The notes under the pieces: generated by a model | Told to the model about the DNA's origin: nothing | Seen by the model: only the letters and a program-made list of their open reading frames with translations | Database searches by the model: none | From: a virus | Direction: 5' to 3' (one strand) | Length of the DNA stretch: 64,000 nucleotides | IMG/VR virus record: IMGVR_UViG_3300020109_000011 | Location: 22,484 to 86,483 of that record | Position numbers and translations under genes: made by a program | Part shown: positions 36,311 through 46,237 of the stretch, piece by piece | How the letters are laid out: each line of letters starts with the position of its first letter | Numbering within the stretch: position 1 is the first letter of the stretch

Positions 36311-38115
36311 TTCGCCTCGGCCCAGTTCGCGCCCATGCCGGGCTCGGCCTGCACGTCCACCAGCCAGCCGGTCTGCTCGTTGACCACCTGGTCCATGACC
36401 TCCTTGATCTCCTGCATGGCGTCCTCGGCCTCGGCCTTCGGGCAGCTGAACAGCACCTCGTCGTGCACCGGCAGCAGCATGTGCGGGCTGAAGCCCGCCG
36501 CGTCCAGCCCGACCAGGGCCTTCTTCAGCGCGATGGCGGCGCTGCCCTGGGTCACGTAGTTGGGCAGCACGCGGCGCTGGGATGGGTCGGCGACCTGGAA
36601 CCGACGGCCGAAGGGGCTGTCCAGGTAGTGCACGAGGCCCCGGGGCGTCTGCTCGGTCTGCACCAGGTCCATCCCGACCTCGCGCAGGCTCGGGTAGGAC
36701 TGCTCCAGCTTCTTCCAGGTCGGGACCAGCTGGTAGACACCGACCCCGGCGGTGGCCGCCGCCGTCTCGATCCCGCCGCCGAACAGCTTGGCGTAGACGG
36801 TGGACTTCAGCAGGGTCCGGCGGGCGTCCTTCTTCACGAAGTCCGGCTCGCCGTAGACCACCTTGCCGAGCTCCACGAAGAAGTCGCCGCCCGTGGCGTC
36901 GGCCTGCTTCAGGGCCGCGATCATCGCGGTGTCCTTGTTCCAGCTGGCCCACATCCGGAGCTCGATCTGGCCGTAGTCGGCCGAGATGATGACCTCGTCG
37001 GGGTTGCGCGGGATGACGGCCGTGCGCACGGTCGGGTCGTTGCTGGGCAGCTGCTGGAGCGGCGGGTTCTCCACCGACATGCGGCCGGTGCGCGCCTCGA
37101 AGGGCTTGATCCCGGGGTGCAGCACGGCGCCCTCCTCGGGCACCACGCCGTTCTCGAAGTCGCCCCCGGCGCCCCGCAGCATGGCCTCCAGGTAGCTGGT
37201 CCGGGTCTTGTAGAGCCCCCGGAACTCCAGCACGTCCTGGGCGGCCGGGTGCTCGATGTGCTCCAGCACCTCGGCGTCCAGCTTGACCTTGCCCTTCTCG
37301 GTCTTGGCCGGGAGCGGGATGCCCGCCTCGTGCAGCACGAGCTCCAGCTGGCCGTTCTGGTGCGGGTTGGTCACGCCGATGCTGGCCAGCCGCGCGCGGA
37401 CCTCGTTCTCCTGCTCCAGGTGCTCGTGGATCTTGTCCATCAGGTAGGGGCCGTCCACCGGCAGGCCGCGCCAGGACATCTCCCCGGTGATCCGGAGGCT
37501 GGCGATCTCCAGGGCGTGGTCGGCCGCCCACTTCTTCCGGCGATCGGCCCACTGCTCCCACAGGGCTGCGGTGACGCAGGTGTCCACCACGCCGTAGAGG
37601 GGGTAGGGCTTCCAGCCCAGCGGCACGTCCGCCCAGGTCCAGCCCGCGTTCTTCATGCCCTCGTGCAGCACGCGCTCGCCCGCGCCCGCCCACGGGCCGA
37701 ACTCGCGCATGGCCAGCGTCTTCAGGCCTCGGGGCTGCTCGGCGAAGCCGCCCAGCGCCGCCCAGGTGAAGGTGTCCTCGACCACCGACCAGTCCACGGT
37801 GATGCCCTTGGACCGCAGCGAGAGGATGTCGTACCCGGCGTTGTGGAAGACGATCTTCACGCGCGCCCGGGAGCACCAGTCCAGCGCGCCCTGGACCATC
37901 GCGGGCCAGCCCTCGAAGGGGATGGCCCAGCCGCCTGCCACGTCGCCGAACTGGATCAGCCGGACCTTGAAGGCCGGGGAGTACCAGTCCAGGCCGGTGT
38001 TCTCCGTGTCAACCGCGACCATCCGGCGCCCGGGCAGGGTCAGCCACTCCCAGAAGGCGGCCATCTGGTCGGGGGAGGTGAGCACCCGGATCTTCAGGTT
38101 GGGCACGGCGGACAT
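36307..38115 (-). CDS. polA: DNA polymerase I (family A) with 3'-5' exonuclease
   Basis: DTE, FHNAGYD, RTGRMS..NPPLQQLP, DYGQIELR, R...K...Y, QGSAA, VHDE motifs. Confidence 0.93.
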   Translation of the reverse strand: MSAVPNLKIRVLTSPDQMAAFWEWLTLPGRRMVAVDTENTGLDWYSPAFKVRLIQFGDVAGGWAIPFEGWPAMVQGALDWCSRARVKIVFHNAGYDILSLRSKGITVDWSVVEDTFTWAALGGFAEQPRGLKTLAMREFGPWAGAGERVLHEGMKNAGWTWADVPLGWKPYPLYGVVDTCVTAALWEQWADRRKKWAADHALEIASLRITGEMSWRGLPVDGPYLMDKIHEHLEQENEVRARLASIGVTNPHQNGQLELVLHEAGIPLPAKTEKGKVKLDAEVLEHIEHPAAQDVLEFRGLYKTRTSYLEAMLRGAGGDFENGVVPEEGAVLHPGIKPFEARTGRMSVENPPLQQLPSNDPTVRTAVIPRNPDEVIISADYGQIELRMWASWNKDTAMIAALKQADATGGDFFVELGKVVYGEPDFVKKDARRTLLKSTVYAKLFGGGIETAAATAGVGVYQLVPTWKKLEQSYPSLREVGMDLVQTEQTPRGLVHYLDSPFGRRFQVADPSQRRVLPNYVTQGSAAIALKKALVGLDAAGFSPHMLLPVHDEVLFSCPKAEAEDAMQEIKEVMDQVVNEQTGWLVDVQAEPGMGANWAEAK

Positions 38116-38151
38116 CGGCGCTCCTGGGGGACGGAAGGTCTGGAGATGGTG

Positions 38152-38186
38152 CAGGGCGGGCCCCGGGGGAGGTGGGGCCCGCCCTG
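38152..38186. terminator. Hairpin between SSB and polA
   Basis: CAGGGCGGGCCCC...GGGGCCCGCCCTG inverted repeat. Confidence 0.55.
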
Positions 38187-38201
38187 CGGATCAGGTGGGG
38201 A

Positions 38202-38771
38202 TCAGCCCCACGGGTTGTTGCTGCTGGCGCTCGCACCGGCCGTCGCGGGCTCGGTGTCGGGGTCACCGGCAGCGGCGCTGGCCGCGTCGGCCTCGTCGTC
38301 CAGCGAGACGGCCTGGGAGGCCGACTTGCCGCCGCCCGGGGTGGCCGTGGCCGCCTTGGACGAGACGGTGGACCGGTAGGTCACCCGGGTCTGCGGCTGG
38401 CCGTTGAACTCGTCGGCCTTCAGCCGGGCCTCGAAGACCGTGCCGGTGATCTGCTCGGCGATCTGGTCCGGGGTCGGGCGGGCCGACATGATCCACTCCT
38501 GGCTGGCCCCGAGGGTGCGCAGCGTCTGGGCGAAGATCCGGGCGGCCGTGTCGGACTCCGGGGACCAGTAGAGCCGGTCCTGGATCTCCTTGTTCTTCGC
38601 GGCGTGCGGGCCGGACTTGAAGCCGAGGGTCAGCGTGAACATCCGCTTGCCCTTCGGGCTGGTCCCGGCCACGGCCTTCTTCACGAACATGGTGTGGTCG
38701 CCCTCGTAGGCGACGCCCTTCAGGTCGTCACCGAAGGCCGCGAACTCCGCGCCGAAGTCGAACTCGCTCAT
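38202..38771 (-). CDS. Single-stranded DNA-binding protein (DUF669-like)
   Basis: S.KGK.M......GP pattern; acidic tail ending NPWG; synteny. Confidence 0.65.
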   Translation of the reverse strand: MSEFDFGAEFAAFGDDLKGVAYEGDHTMFVKKAVAGTSPKGKRMFTLTLGFKSGPHAAKNKEIQDRLYWSPESDTAARIFAQTLRTLGASQEWIMSARPTPDQIAEQITGTVFEARLKADEFNGQPQTRVTYRSTVSSKAATATPGGGKSASQAVSLDDEADAASAAAGDPDTEPATAGASASSNNPWG

Positions 38772-38774
38772 GGG

Positions 38775-39659
38775 TCAGTTCTCCTGCTTCTCGGGGGTGG
38801 GGGTGGGCTGCTCGCCCTGGTTGACAGGCGCGCTGGCCTGGTCCTGCTGCTGGGAGTGCGGCACGCCCGTCTGCGCGGGCTGGGAGATGCCACGGCCCTT
38901 GAACACCATCTTGATCAACTTCTCGAAGGTGGTGTTCTTCGCGCGGATCTCGTCCTCCGTCTGACCCACGACCTGGGGCAGCTGGATGATCGGCGGGATC
39001 CGGCCGCCGACCCGCTCCTTGGCCTCCTTGCCGTTCATGCGGCGGGTCTGGAGGTAGCGGGTCTCGGTGCCGTCCGCGTCGGGCTCGACGTACAGCCAGG
39101 CGCACACGTCGAACAGGTACGGGATCACGTCCCGCAGCTGACCCTGGAGGTAGGGCCGCATGATGCCCTGGTTGTCCTCCTTGGTCATCGACGTGAAGAC
39201 GACGGCCTCCAGGGGCTTGGTCGGGTGCTCGGTGAGGTCCCGGAGGTCCCGGCAGAAGCCGCCGACCTCCCGGAGCGCGGCGCCCCAGTCCTGGATCTTC
39301 ATCTGGTCGCGCCCGGCGACCTTCTCGACGTACCGGTACTGGAGCTCGGAGATCGAGTCCACCGTGGCCGAGCGGAAGGGGTGCTCGCCCTGCTTCAGCC
39401 AGTCCAGGCCGTTCAGGGCGTCCTGCCAGGTCCGGACGATGATGACGGCGGTGTCCCACTCGGGCTCGCCGTTCTTGTCGATCTTCGGGGGCTCGGGGGG
39501 CGGGTTCGCGGGGTCCCAGATCTTCACCTTCACCGGCAGGAACCGGTGGGCGGCCTCGCAGTCGAACAGGACCCTGGGCCACGGGGTGGAGGACCCCAGC
39601 AGCGACTTCCCCGCGCCCGACGGCCCATGCACCAGCATGGACAGTGCAGGCACCTTCAT
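38775..39659 (-). CDS. AAA ATPase (Sak4-like recombinase)
   Basis: HGPSGAGKS Walker A; VDSISELQ; QDWG; AKER. Confidence 0.8.
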   Translation of the reverse strand: MKVPALSMLVHGPSGAGKSLLGSSTPWPRVLFDCEAAHRFLPVKVKIWDPANPPPEPPKIDKNGEPEWDTAVIIVRTWQDALNGLDWLKQGEHPFRSATVDSISELQYRYVEKVAGRDQMKIQDWGAALREVGGFCRDLRDLTEHPTKPLEAVVFTSMTKEDNQGIMRPYLQGQLRDVIPYLFDVCAWLYVEPDADGTETRYLQTRRMNGKEAKERVGGRIPPIIQLPQVVGQTEDEIRAKNTTFEKLIKMVFKGRGISQPAQTGVPHSQQQDQASAPVNQGEQPTPTPEKQEN

Positions 39660-39801
39660 GTGACTCCCTCCCAAGCCGCTGACCAGCCGCTTCGCACAGA
39701 GGGATCCACCGGAATCTCAGATGCTCAGGGTCGCTCAGATGGCTTAGATGTTGTTGTGGGTGTTGACAGAACCTACCACTCTCGGGTGACAGGCACCAGC
39801 C

Positions 39802-39990
39802 TCAGGACCGGTGTCGCCAGCCCGGGAGCAGCAGCCACCAGAGGGTGCGCCCCTCCAGCTTCCGCATCCGGCGCTCGCGCCTGCGGAGGATCCGGTTGTC
39901 GTTGCCGTGCAGGCCGATGGCGAAGGCGATGTTGGACAGCACGGTGCCGATGGCGACCCCGGACAGCAGCCAGGCGTACCAGGTCATCAC
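39802..39990 (-). CDS. Small membrane protein
   Basis: TM helix followed by an Arg-rich tail. Confidence 0.5.
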   Translation of the reverse strand: MMTWYAWLLSGVAIGTVLSNIAFAIGLHGNDNRILRRRERRMRKLEGRTLWWLLLPGWRHRS

Positions 39991-40331
39991 GGGCCCCAGA
40001 CCGAGAAGGGCTGGTTGGGCGGGTAGACGGCCACGCCCGAGGTGGTGGCGACGTGGACGTTGCCCTTCGCGGTGAGCTCGGTGCTGCGCAGGTAGCCCCG
40101 GTGCCCGGGGGTCTGCACGATCCGGCCGTGCTCGGCGGTTGACAGGGCGTCGGCCGCCACCGTCAGCACCTGCTCGCCGGAGCGCCGGGCGCGCGGGAAG
40201 GCGTAGACCCTGCCCTCGATGAGGTAGCTGGCGGCCATCCGGCAGCCGTAGCAGCTGACGCCGGGGTCGTCCGGGTGGTGAGCGGCGTGGAGCTCGCGGG
40301 CCTTGCGCCCGACCGGGCCGATGGCGGCCAT
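39987..40331 (-). CDS. Hypothetical protein
   Basis: GAGGAGG RBS, TGATG coupling. Confidence 0.55.
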   Translation of the reverse strand: MAAIGPVGRKARELHAAHHPDDPGVSCYGCRMAASYLIEGRVYAFPRARRSGEQVLTVAADALSTAEHGRIVQTPGHRGYLRSTELTAKGNVHVATTSGVAVYPPNQPFSVWGP

Positions 40332-40519
40332 CAGCCCTCCTCGGCCGGGTTGGCGTGGTTCGGGCACAGGATCGGCACGTCCGGACGGTGCGGGTTGTAC
40401 CGCCAGCCGTCCTCCATCAGCTGGGCCCAGTTGCTGGCCAGCGCCTCGTACCAGTCCAGGGTCCAGTTGGGGCACCCGGACTCGTCGTCGCAGGTGATGA
40501 TCGGGAAGGTGGCCTTCAT
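40331..40519 (-). CDS. Small Cys protein
   Basis: TCD...C...GW...LCP.H; TGATG coupling. Confidence 0.55.
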   Translation of the reverse strand: MKATFPIITCDDESGCPNWTLDWYEALASNWAQLMEDGWRYNPHRPDVPILCPNHANPAEEG

Positions 40520-41532
40520 CAGGCGGGCCCGCCCGAGATCTCCGAGTCGGCGCCCTGGTCGGCCATGTACCGGGCCCACGGGTCGCCCTCGGTGTAGAGG
40601 TCGTCCAGCATCGCCTCGGCGGACTGGGGGGTGTGCTGCATCAGCCCGCACGGCAGCTTGAACGGGCAGGTGGCGCAGTGCCAGCCCGGGGTGAAGTAGG
40701 CGACCCGCCGGGGGTCAGCGCCAGCGTCCAGCGCGAACTTGGTCCGGGCCAGGTCGGTGACCGCGCCCTCCAGGCGGACGTTGTAGGCCTCCTGCTCGGC
40801 GTCGTTGATCTCGATGGTCACCCGCTTGTAGAACGGCGGCTTCGCGGTCGGCGTGCGCAGCACCTTGCGCAGCAGCGTGAAGCTGACCCCGGCGGTCCAC
40901 TGGTCGGCGGGGGCCTGCTGCTGCTCCAGCATCCGGTAGAGCCGGGGCTGCGGGCTCATCTCCAGCGACAGCATCGCGGGCTCGCCGAAGTTGCCCATCG
41001 TCTTGAAGTCGTCCACGTAGACGGCGCCGTCGGACTTCCGGCGGCGGCGGCGGTCCAGCTTGCCCCGGACCAGCACGGTGACCTCGGCGTCCCCGTCGGG
41101 CGTGTCAACCACCAGGGTCAGGAAGTGGGACAGCTTGGTCTCGACCCCGACGATGTCCCAGTAGGCGTCCTCGCCCTCGGCCTCCAGCCACTCCATGTAG
41201 CCCTCCAGCATCCGGAAGCCCAGCTTCGACTCCTTGTCCAGGTCCAGGACGAAGGGGGAGTTGCTGGCCTCGGCCACGGCGAACTCGTGGGCCATCAGCT
41301 GCTTCCAGGCGATGGCGGGGTCGGGGACGGTGCCGTCGTAGAAGGCCTCCAGCGCGCTGTGGATCCGGGAGCCGAACGGCAGCGCGCCCGTCGGGGGCTC
41401 CTCGATCTTGCGCAGGCGCCGGTAGTCCCCGAGCCACCAGCGGCGGCGGCACTGGTGGAACTGGCCGAGGGAGGAGAAGGACGCCACCGTGTTGTCAGGA
41501 ACGTGGGCGGTGGTCGCCGGGGGAGAGGTCAC
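40519..41532 (-). CDS. Cas4/RecB-like PD-(D/E)xK exonuclease
   Basis: S.S....F..C.R.W; GS.IH..LE; GKLD...DDFKT; Q...Y; C..CPF...C. Confidence 0.85.
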   Translation of the reverse strand: MTSPPATTAHVPDNTVASFSSLGQFHQCRRRWWLGDYRRLRKIEEPPTGALPFGSRIHSALEAFYDGTVPDPAIAWKQLMAHEFAVAEASNSPFVLDLDKESKLGFRMLEGYMEWLEAEGEDAYWDIVGVETKLSHFLTLVVDTPDGDAEVTVLVRGKLDRRRRRKSDGAVYVDDFKTMGNFGEPAMLSLEMSPQPRLYRMLEQQQAPADQWTAGVSFTLLRKVLRTPTAKPPFYKRVTIEINDAEQEAYNVRLEGAVTDLARTKFALDAGADPRRVAYFTPGWHCATCPFKLPCGLMQHTPQSAEAMLDDLYTEGDPWARYMADQGADSEISGGPA

Positions 41533-41593
41533 AGGGTCTCCGTAACTGGTTGATGTAGTTGAGTCAACGGACTATACCCGTTAGAGTGACCGC

Positions 41594-41944
41594 ATGGCCA
41601 CCAGCGACAGGCTCCCACCGGGGTCCGACAGTTCCGACCGGCTCAACCGGCTGACCTCGGGGGACGACTCCGACGCGCACCTGGTGCGGGTCTTCCGGCG
41701 GCGCGTGAAGGTCCAGCCCGACCAGCCCGTCTGGGTGGCCTACCGCTACCGCACGACCCGGAACGGGGACCGGCTGGTGCGCCCGCAGCGGGCCTACCGC
41801 CTGATGGTGCACCTGCCCGGGCACGGGGAGCTCACCGGCTTCGAGCGGAAGTTCCCGGGCACCCCACTGGGCTGGGCGGCCTGGCGGTTCGCGGTCGCGC
41901 TGTGCGGGGTGCACCCGGTGCTGCGGCAGGCGCGGTGGCCCTGA
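41594..41944 (+). CDS. Hypothetical protein
   Basis: Divergent from the exonuclease; TAGAGT 6 nt upstream of ATG (leaderless). Confidence 0.6.
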   Translation: MATSDRLPPGSDSSDRLNRLTSGDDSDAHLVRVFRRRVKVQPDQPVWVAYRYRTTRNGDRLVRPQRAYRLMVHLPGHGELTGFERKFPGTPLGWAAWRFAVALCGVHPVLRQARWP

Positions 41945-42561
41945 TGCCGCCGAGGGGGAAGATCACCGCGCCCGGACCGGTGCTGTACCCGGTCTGCGGC
42001 ACGGCGCAGGGCATCTACCAGCACCGCAAGCACGGCACACCGCGCTGCGCACCCTGCCGGGCGTTCAACGCCGAGCAGACCGAGCAGATCAAGCGGGACA
42101 TCTACCTGCGGCGCCCGAGGCTGGTCCCGGCGCGCGGGTCGCAGCGGCGGCTGCGCGCGCTGATGGCCATCGGCTGGCCGCTGGAGGAGATGGCCCGGAT
42201 GTGGGGCATCGGGCGCACGGTGCTTCAGCGGGTGCTGCACCCGGACACCGTGAAGGTCTCCCGGGCCCGTGCCGAGCTCATCGAGCGCGAGTACCGGCGG
42301 CTGGCCTTCGCGGGGGCCGGGCCCTCGGCACGGGCGCGAACCTGGGCGCGCAACCGGGGCTTTCCCGGGCCGATGGACTGGGACGACATCGACCGGCAGG
42401 AGCGGGAGCCGGTGCCGGGCTACGTCATCGAGCGGGACCACCAGGAGGCCCTGGTCATCGACCGCGCGGTGAAGAAGATGCTGGCCAAGCGGGAGCGCCG
42501 GTCCCGGTTGACACCGGCCGACCGGCAGGCCGCCCGGGCTCGCCGGGAGTCTGCGGCGTGA
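41944..42561 (+). CDS. HTH DNA-binding protein with N-terminal Cys/His motif
   Basis: CGT..G...H...G...C.PC; RRLRALMAIGW....A; P..WDDID. Confidence 0.65.
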   Translation: MPPRGKITAPGPVLYPVCGTAQGIYQHRKHGTPRCAPCRAFNAEQTEQIKRDIYLRRPRLVPARGSQRRLRALMAIGWPLEEMARMWGIGRTVLQRVLHPDTVKVSRARAELIEREYRRLAFAGAGPSARARTWARNRGFPGPMDWDDIDRQEREPVPGYVIERDHQEALVIDRAVKKMLAKRERRSRLTPADRQAARARRESAA

Positions 42562-42608
42562 GGCTCTACGGTTCTCGGACGGGACTTCGTTGAGCAGGGG
42601 GACAGACA

Positions 42609-42908
42609 GTGGGGGCACGGACCTGGGAGCGCAAGCCGCCCGACGCCTGGCGCCCGCTGTTCACCTCCCGGCTGGCGTGCGGGTGCTGGACCGACGACTG
42701 GACCGGTCAGGTGCGGGAGCCGTGCGTGGCACATGAGAGCGAGGGCCACGTCTCGGTGGTCTCGCCGGACCAGGACGGGGTGGCGGTGGCGCGCTGCCTG
42801 GTTCGGGAGTGCCGGTGGCAGGAGTCGCGGGCGACGGAGGGCTGGGCGGTCGAGGCCGCCCAGCGGCACTGGGCTGACACCCGTGTGGCGGGTGTGGCTG
42901 ACACCTGA
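42609..42908 (+). CDS. Hypothetical Cys-containing protein
   Basis: ORF in the operon; C....C.W......A..H motif. Confidence 0.45.
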   Translation: MGARTWERKPPDAWRPLFTSRLACGCWTDDWTGQVREPCVAHESEGHVSVVSPDQDGVAVARCLVRECRWQESRATEGWAVEAAQRHWADTRVAGVADT

Positions 42909-42980
42909 CCAGGGAGGGTCGGGTCCGTAAGGTCGAAGGTCCCCGTTGGAGCAGGGCTCGCGGGGACGGGGGGAGAACTC

Positions 42981-44126
42981 ATGGGCAAGGGCATCGTGGT
43001 CGAGCCGTCCCTGGCGCAGGGCTGGCCTGGGAGATCGCTGGACGGAGGAGCAGGGCAGGAGCAGCCGGAGGCGGGACCCGTTCCGGGGGACGGGGTGCTC
43101 GGGGGTGAGCGCTGGTTCCTGGTGTGGAACCGGGGCCCGGACGGCGAGTGCTGCTGCTGGCGCGGGTCGGTGCGCGGCGACGGCTGGGGCGCGGCGGGGT
43201 CCTGCCAGCGTCCCGGGAAGCACCCGTGGATCACCCGGGTGGACGGGGAGCTCTACGGCTTCGTGCACGGCGCGGCCGACGCGCTGACGTGGGACGCGCT
43301 GGTGGACCTCTACGGGCCGCCCGGGGGCGCACGGCAGCTGGCCGTGGTGCTGGACGGGCTGCTGCTGATCGACATCGACGGGCCCCGGGCCCTGCGGGAC
43401 TTCGCGCGGGTCAGCTACACCGTGCCGAAGGAGAAGATCCTGGGGGTCAGCACCTCACCCCGGGGCTTCCACGTCTGGCTGGACCAGGGCGGCTGGGACC
43501 AGAAGTCGCTGAACACCTGGCTGGCGCAGTGGCTCGGCAAGGCGGGCGGCTGGCACAACACCGATGCCGAGAAGGCCGGTCGGCGGGGCCTGCTGCTGGA
43601 CGTGCGCACCGGGGTCAACCGCTACGCGGTCTGGCCCGGGGAGGACGCGCTGGGGCAGCGCAGGTGGCTGTCGCGGCGCGAGTTCGGTGAAGTCCTGCGG
43701 GGCCAGCTGGTCGGGATGCCCGCCTGGCGGATGGTCGGCGGCGAGGGTGCGCCCTGGGCGGTTGACACGCGGGAGCCCGGGATGGCCGCCTGGATCGAGG
43801 GGCACCGGGGCGGTGCCGAGATCGATCTTCAGGGCTGGCAGCTGGACGGGTCGGACTCCGAGATGGACGTGGCCTGGGCCGAGATGGAGCGCTGGCTGGC
43901 GCGCCTGGAGGGCATGGGCGCGGGGTCCGGGCGCAACAACCGGCTGAACCAGATCGCGTACTACAGCGGGGCGAAGGCCGTCGCCGCTGGTCACAGCCTC
44001 GAAGCCGTCCGGGCTCGGCTGGTGGAGGTGGGGGAGAGCGTGGGGACGCACGGCGTGGAGGCCACCGTGGCCTCGGGTCTGAACTCGGGTCTGCTGACGA
44101 TCAAGAAGCAGCAGGGCAAGGGCTGA
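42981..44126 (+). CDS. Bifunctional DNA primase/polymerase (Prim-Pol)
   Basis: C.C...C..PGKHP; IDIDG; TSPRGFHVW; LDVR; GRNN.LN. Confidence 0.8.
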   Translation: MGKGIVVEPSLAQGWPGRSLDGGAGQEQPEAGPVPGDGVLGGERWFLVWNRGPDGECCCWRGSVRGDGWGAAGSCQRPGKHPWITRVDGELYGFVHGAADALTWDALVDLYGPPGGARQLAVVLDGLLLIDIDGPRALRDFARVSYTVPKEKILGVSTSPRGFHVWLDQGGWDQKSLNTWLAQWLGKAGGWHNTDAEKAGRRGLLLDVRTGVNRYAVWPGEDALGQRRWLSRREFGEVLRGQLVGMPAWRMVGGEGAPWAVDTREPGMAAWIEGHRGGAEIDLQGWQLDGSDSEMDVAWAEMERWLARLEGMGAGSGRNNRLNQIAYYSGAKAVAAGHSLEAVRARLVEVGESVGTHGVEATVASGLNSGLLTIKKQQGKG

Positions 44127-45850
44127 TGGCCGGGCAGGGGGACGCCTGGTCAGCAGCAACGGCGCGGATCACGACGATGATCAAGAAGGGCGTCGATCCG
44201 CTGGAGGGCCTGCTCGGGGAGGGCTACGGCACCGACAGGGTGGTCGAGAAGCACGCGCGGCTGTTCGCCGAGGCCAACTCGGTGGACGTGGCGATGATCT
44301 TCCCGGTGCTGCTCACGGCCTTCAGCGGCGCGACGCAGGGGGCCTTCCTGGCGCCGGTCTACGCCGAGGACTGGTCGGGGGCGCACGTGCCGCTGGTGTT
44401 CCAGTTCCTGGGCATCGCGGACTCGGGTGCCCGCAAGTCCACCGTGATCCGCGAGGGCAAGATCCCGCTGGAGATGGCGCTGAACAAGGGCGTCATCGAG
44501 CGGCGGTCGGCGGTGCTCGCGCTGCGGCAGCAGGCGATGGACGCGGCCGGGCACTCGGGCGGCAAGATGGACGAGCACGCCGGGGTCTACCAGAAGGTCT
44601 ACGACGGCGGGATCTGTGCGTCCACGCTGACCGACGGCGGTACGCAGGAGGGCATCCGGAACAAGCTGATCACCAACGGCGGGCACCGCGTGCTGATCAC
44701 CGGGGAATCGGACGTGCTCCAGGAGGTCTCGAAGTACCAGAAGGGCTCGGGGTCGCTCGGGCTGTTCGTGCGCACCTGGGACCAGGAGACCATCTCGGTG
44801 GACCGGGCCAGTGAGACCTCGCACCTCTACATGCCCGAGGCCAGCCTGCCGTTCCTGATCTTCGTGCAGCCCAACGCCTTCGCCGAGCACACGGCGCCCG
44901 GGCCGAAGGGCTACGACGAGTTCACCGACAAGGGCGTGTTCGGCCGGGCCTGGCTGTGGCGGATGCCGAAGCCGGAGATCCCCGAGGGCTTCGCGTTCAA
45001 GCCAAAGCCGCAGCCGGGGGAGAGCTCGGAGCTCCTGGCGGCGCGGCTGAAGACGCTGGACCGGATGACGGCGCTGGTGGAGCGCTCCAACTCCTACCGG
45101 ATGACCAAGGGCATCCGGTACGCCTGGGAGACCACGGCCGGGGCCACGGTGGCGCTGAAGGAGCCCGCCGAGGTCAAGCGCGAGCTCATCGACCTGGACC
45201 ACGAGGCGGGGGGCGTGGAGGCCTTCGTCCGGGTGCAGAACATGCTGCTGGACCTGCGGCGGGCACTGGCTGAAGCCGACGAGGAGGACCCCGGCCTGGC
45301 GCACCAGTACCACCCGCTCGTGGCCCGCTTCACCGACCACGTCATGCGGCTGGCGGTGCTGTTGACCTTGGCCGACGACCCCGGCGCGCTGACGGTTGAC
45401 ACCGGGCACGTCGAGGACGTGGCCACGAGGCTGGTGCCCTGGCTGTGGTCCGGCTGGGTCGCGGTCATGGGCGAGCGGCGCGCGGCGAACATCGCCGAGA
45501 TCGTGGAGGAGCAGACCCTGAAGAACCCGAAGGGGATGGACCTGTCGATGCAGGCGGCCATCCTGCGGGTGATGGGGCAGATGACCGAGGACGACGGCCC
45601 GGTGGGCACGCTGGTGGGCTGGCCGAAGCGGGAGATCACCGTGAAGGCGCGCTACCGGATCCGGGGCTGGAAGAAGGTCTCCGGGCTGGCCGGGATGCTG
45701 GGGCAGACCCTGGAGGAGATGGCCAACGAGCAGACGCTGGTCGCGCGGGTGGCCGGGGACGGTCCGCCGAACGCCTCGGGGCAGGTGGCGCCGACCTACA
45801 AGCTGACGGCGCAGGGGATCGCAGCGGCCAAGGGGCTGGACAAGCAGTAG
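44126..45850 (+). CDS. DUF3987/YfjI-like helicase
   Basis: ADSGARKS Walker A; W.....VDR; QP; G..GR; coupled to Prim-Pol. Confidence 0.7.
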   Translation: MAGQGDAWSAATARITTMIKKGVDPLEGLLGEGYGTDRVVEKHARLFAEANSVDVAMIFPVLLTAFSGATQGAFLAPVYAEDWSGAHVPLVFQFLGIADSGARKSTVIREGKIPLEMALNKGVIERRSAVLALRQQAMDAAGHSGGKMDEHAGVYQKVYDGGICASTLTDGGTQEGIRNKLITNGGHRVLITGESDVLQEVSKYQKGSGSLGLFVRTWDQETISVDRASETSHLYMPEASLPFLIFVQPNAFAEHTAPGPKGYDEFTDKGVFGRAWLWRMPKPEIPEGFAFKPKPQPGESSELLAARLKTLDRMTALVERSNSYRMTKGIRYAWETTAGATVALKEPAEVKRELIDLDHEAGGVEAFVRVQNMLLDLRRALAEADEEDPGLAHQYHPLVARFTDHVMRLAVLLTLADDPGALTVDTGHVEDVATRLVPWLWSGWVAVMGERRAANIAEIVEEQTLKNPKGMDLSMQAAILRVMGQMTEDDGPVGTLVGWPKREITVKARYRIRGWKKVSGLAGMLGQTLEEMANEQTLVARVAGDGPPNASGQVAPTYKLTAQGIAAAKGLDKQ

Positions 45851-45926
45851 AAGCAGTAACGCTGGGTGACGGTGGCTCCTGATCTGTCGGTGGACGGATC
45901 GGGGGCCATTCGTCCATCTGAGGGGG

Positions 45927-46210
45927 AAACGTGCAGGTCAGACGGTGCACACCGTGGGGTGTGCCGGGTGTGCTCGGTGTGCAGGGCCGAGTGTGCGGAG
46001 AAACCGCAGGTCAGAGCAGTGGTGGGCCAGAGTGGGCCAGATGTGCCGAGGACAGAGGCGGGGATCAAGATCCGTCACACACAGTGACTCGCGCGCACGT
46101 CATGCGTGTTGAGAGAGAGAGAGAATACTTATCTACCAGATCTCCGACACCGTAAGCACAATCCGCACATTCTGGCCCACACCAGCGCTGACCTGCACAT
46201 TTTCGGCACA
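45927..46210. other. Candidate replication origin
   Basis: Intergenic after the helicase; GCAGGTCAG x2 plus an inverted copy; GTGTGC iterons; GTGGGCCAGA x2 plus an inverted copy; central (GA)n/AT-rich tract. Confidence 0.5.
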
Positions 46211-46237
46211 CCAGAGGGCACAACGAGGGGCACAGCG

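Noticed and set aside
40519-41532. Cas4-like nuclease as part of a CRISPR system
   Set aside because: It is a solo exonuclease in the usual phage exonuclease-ATPase-SSB-PolA context.
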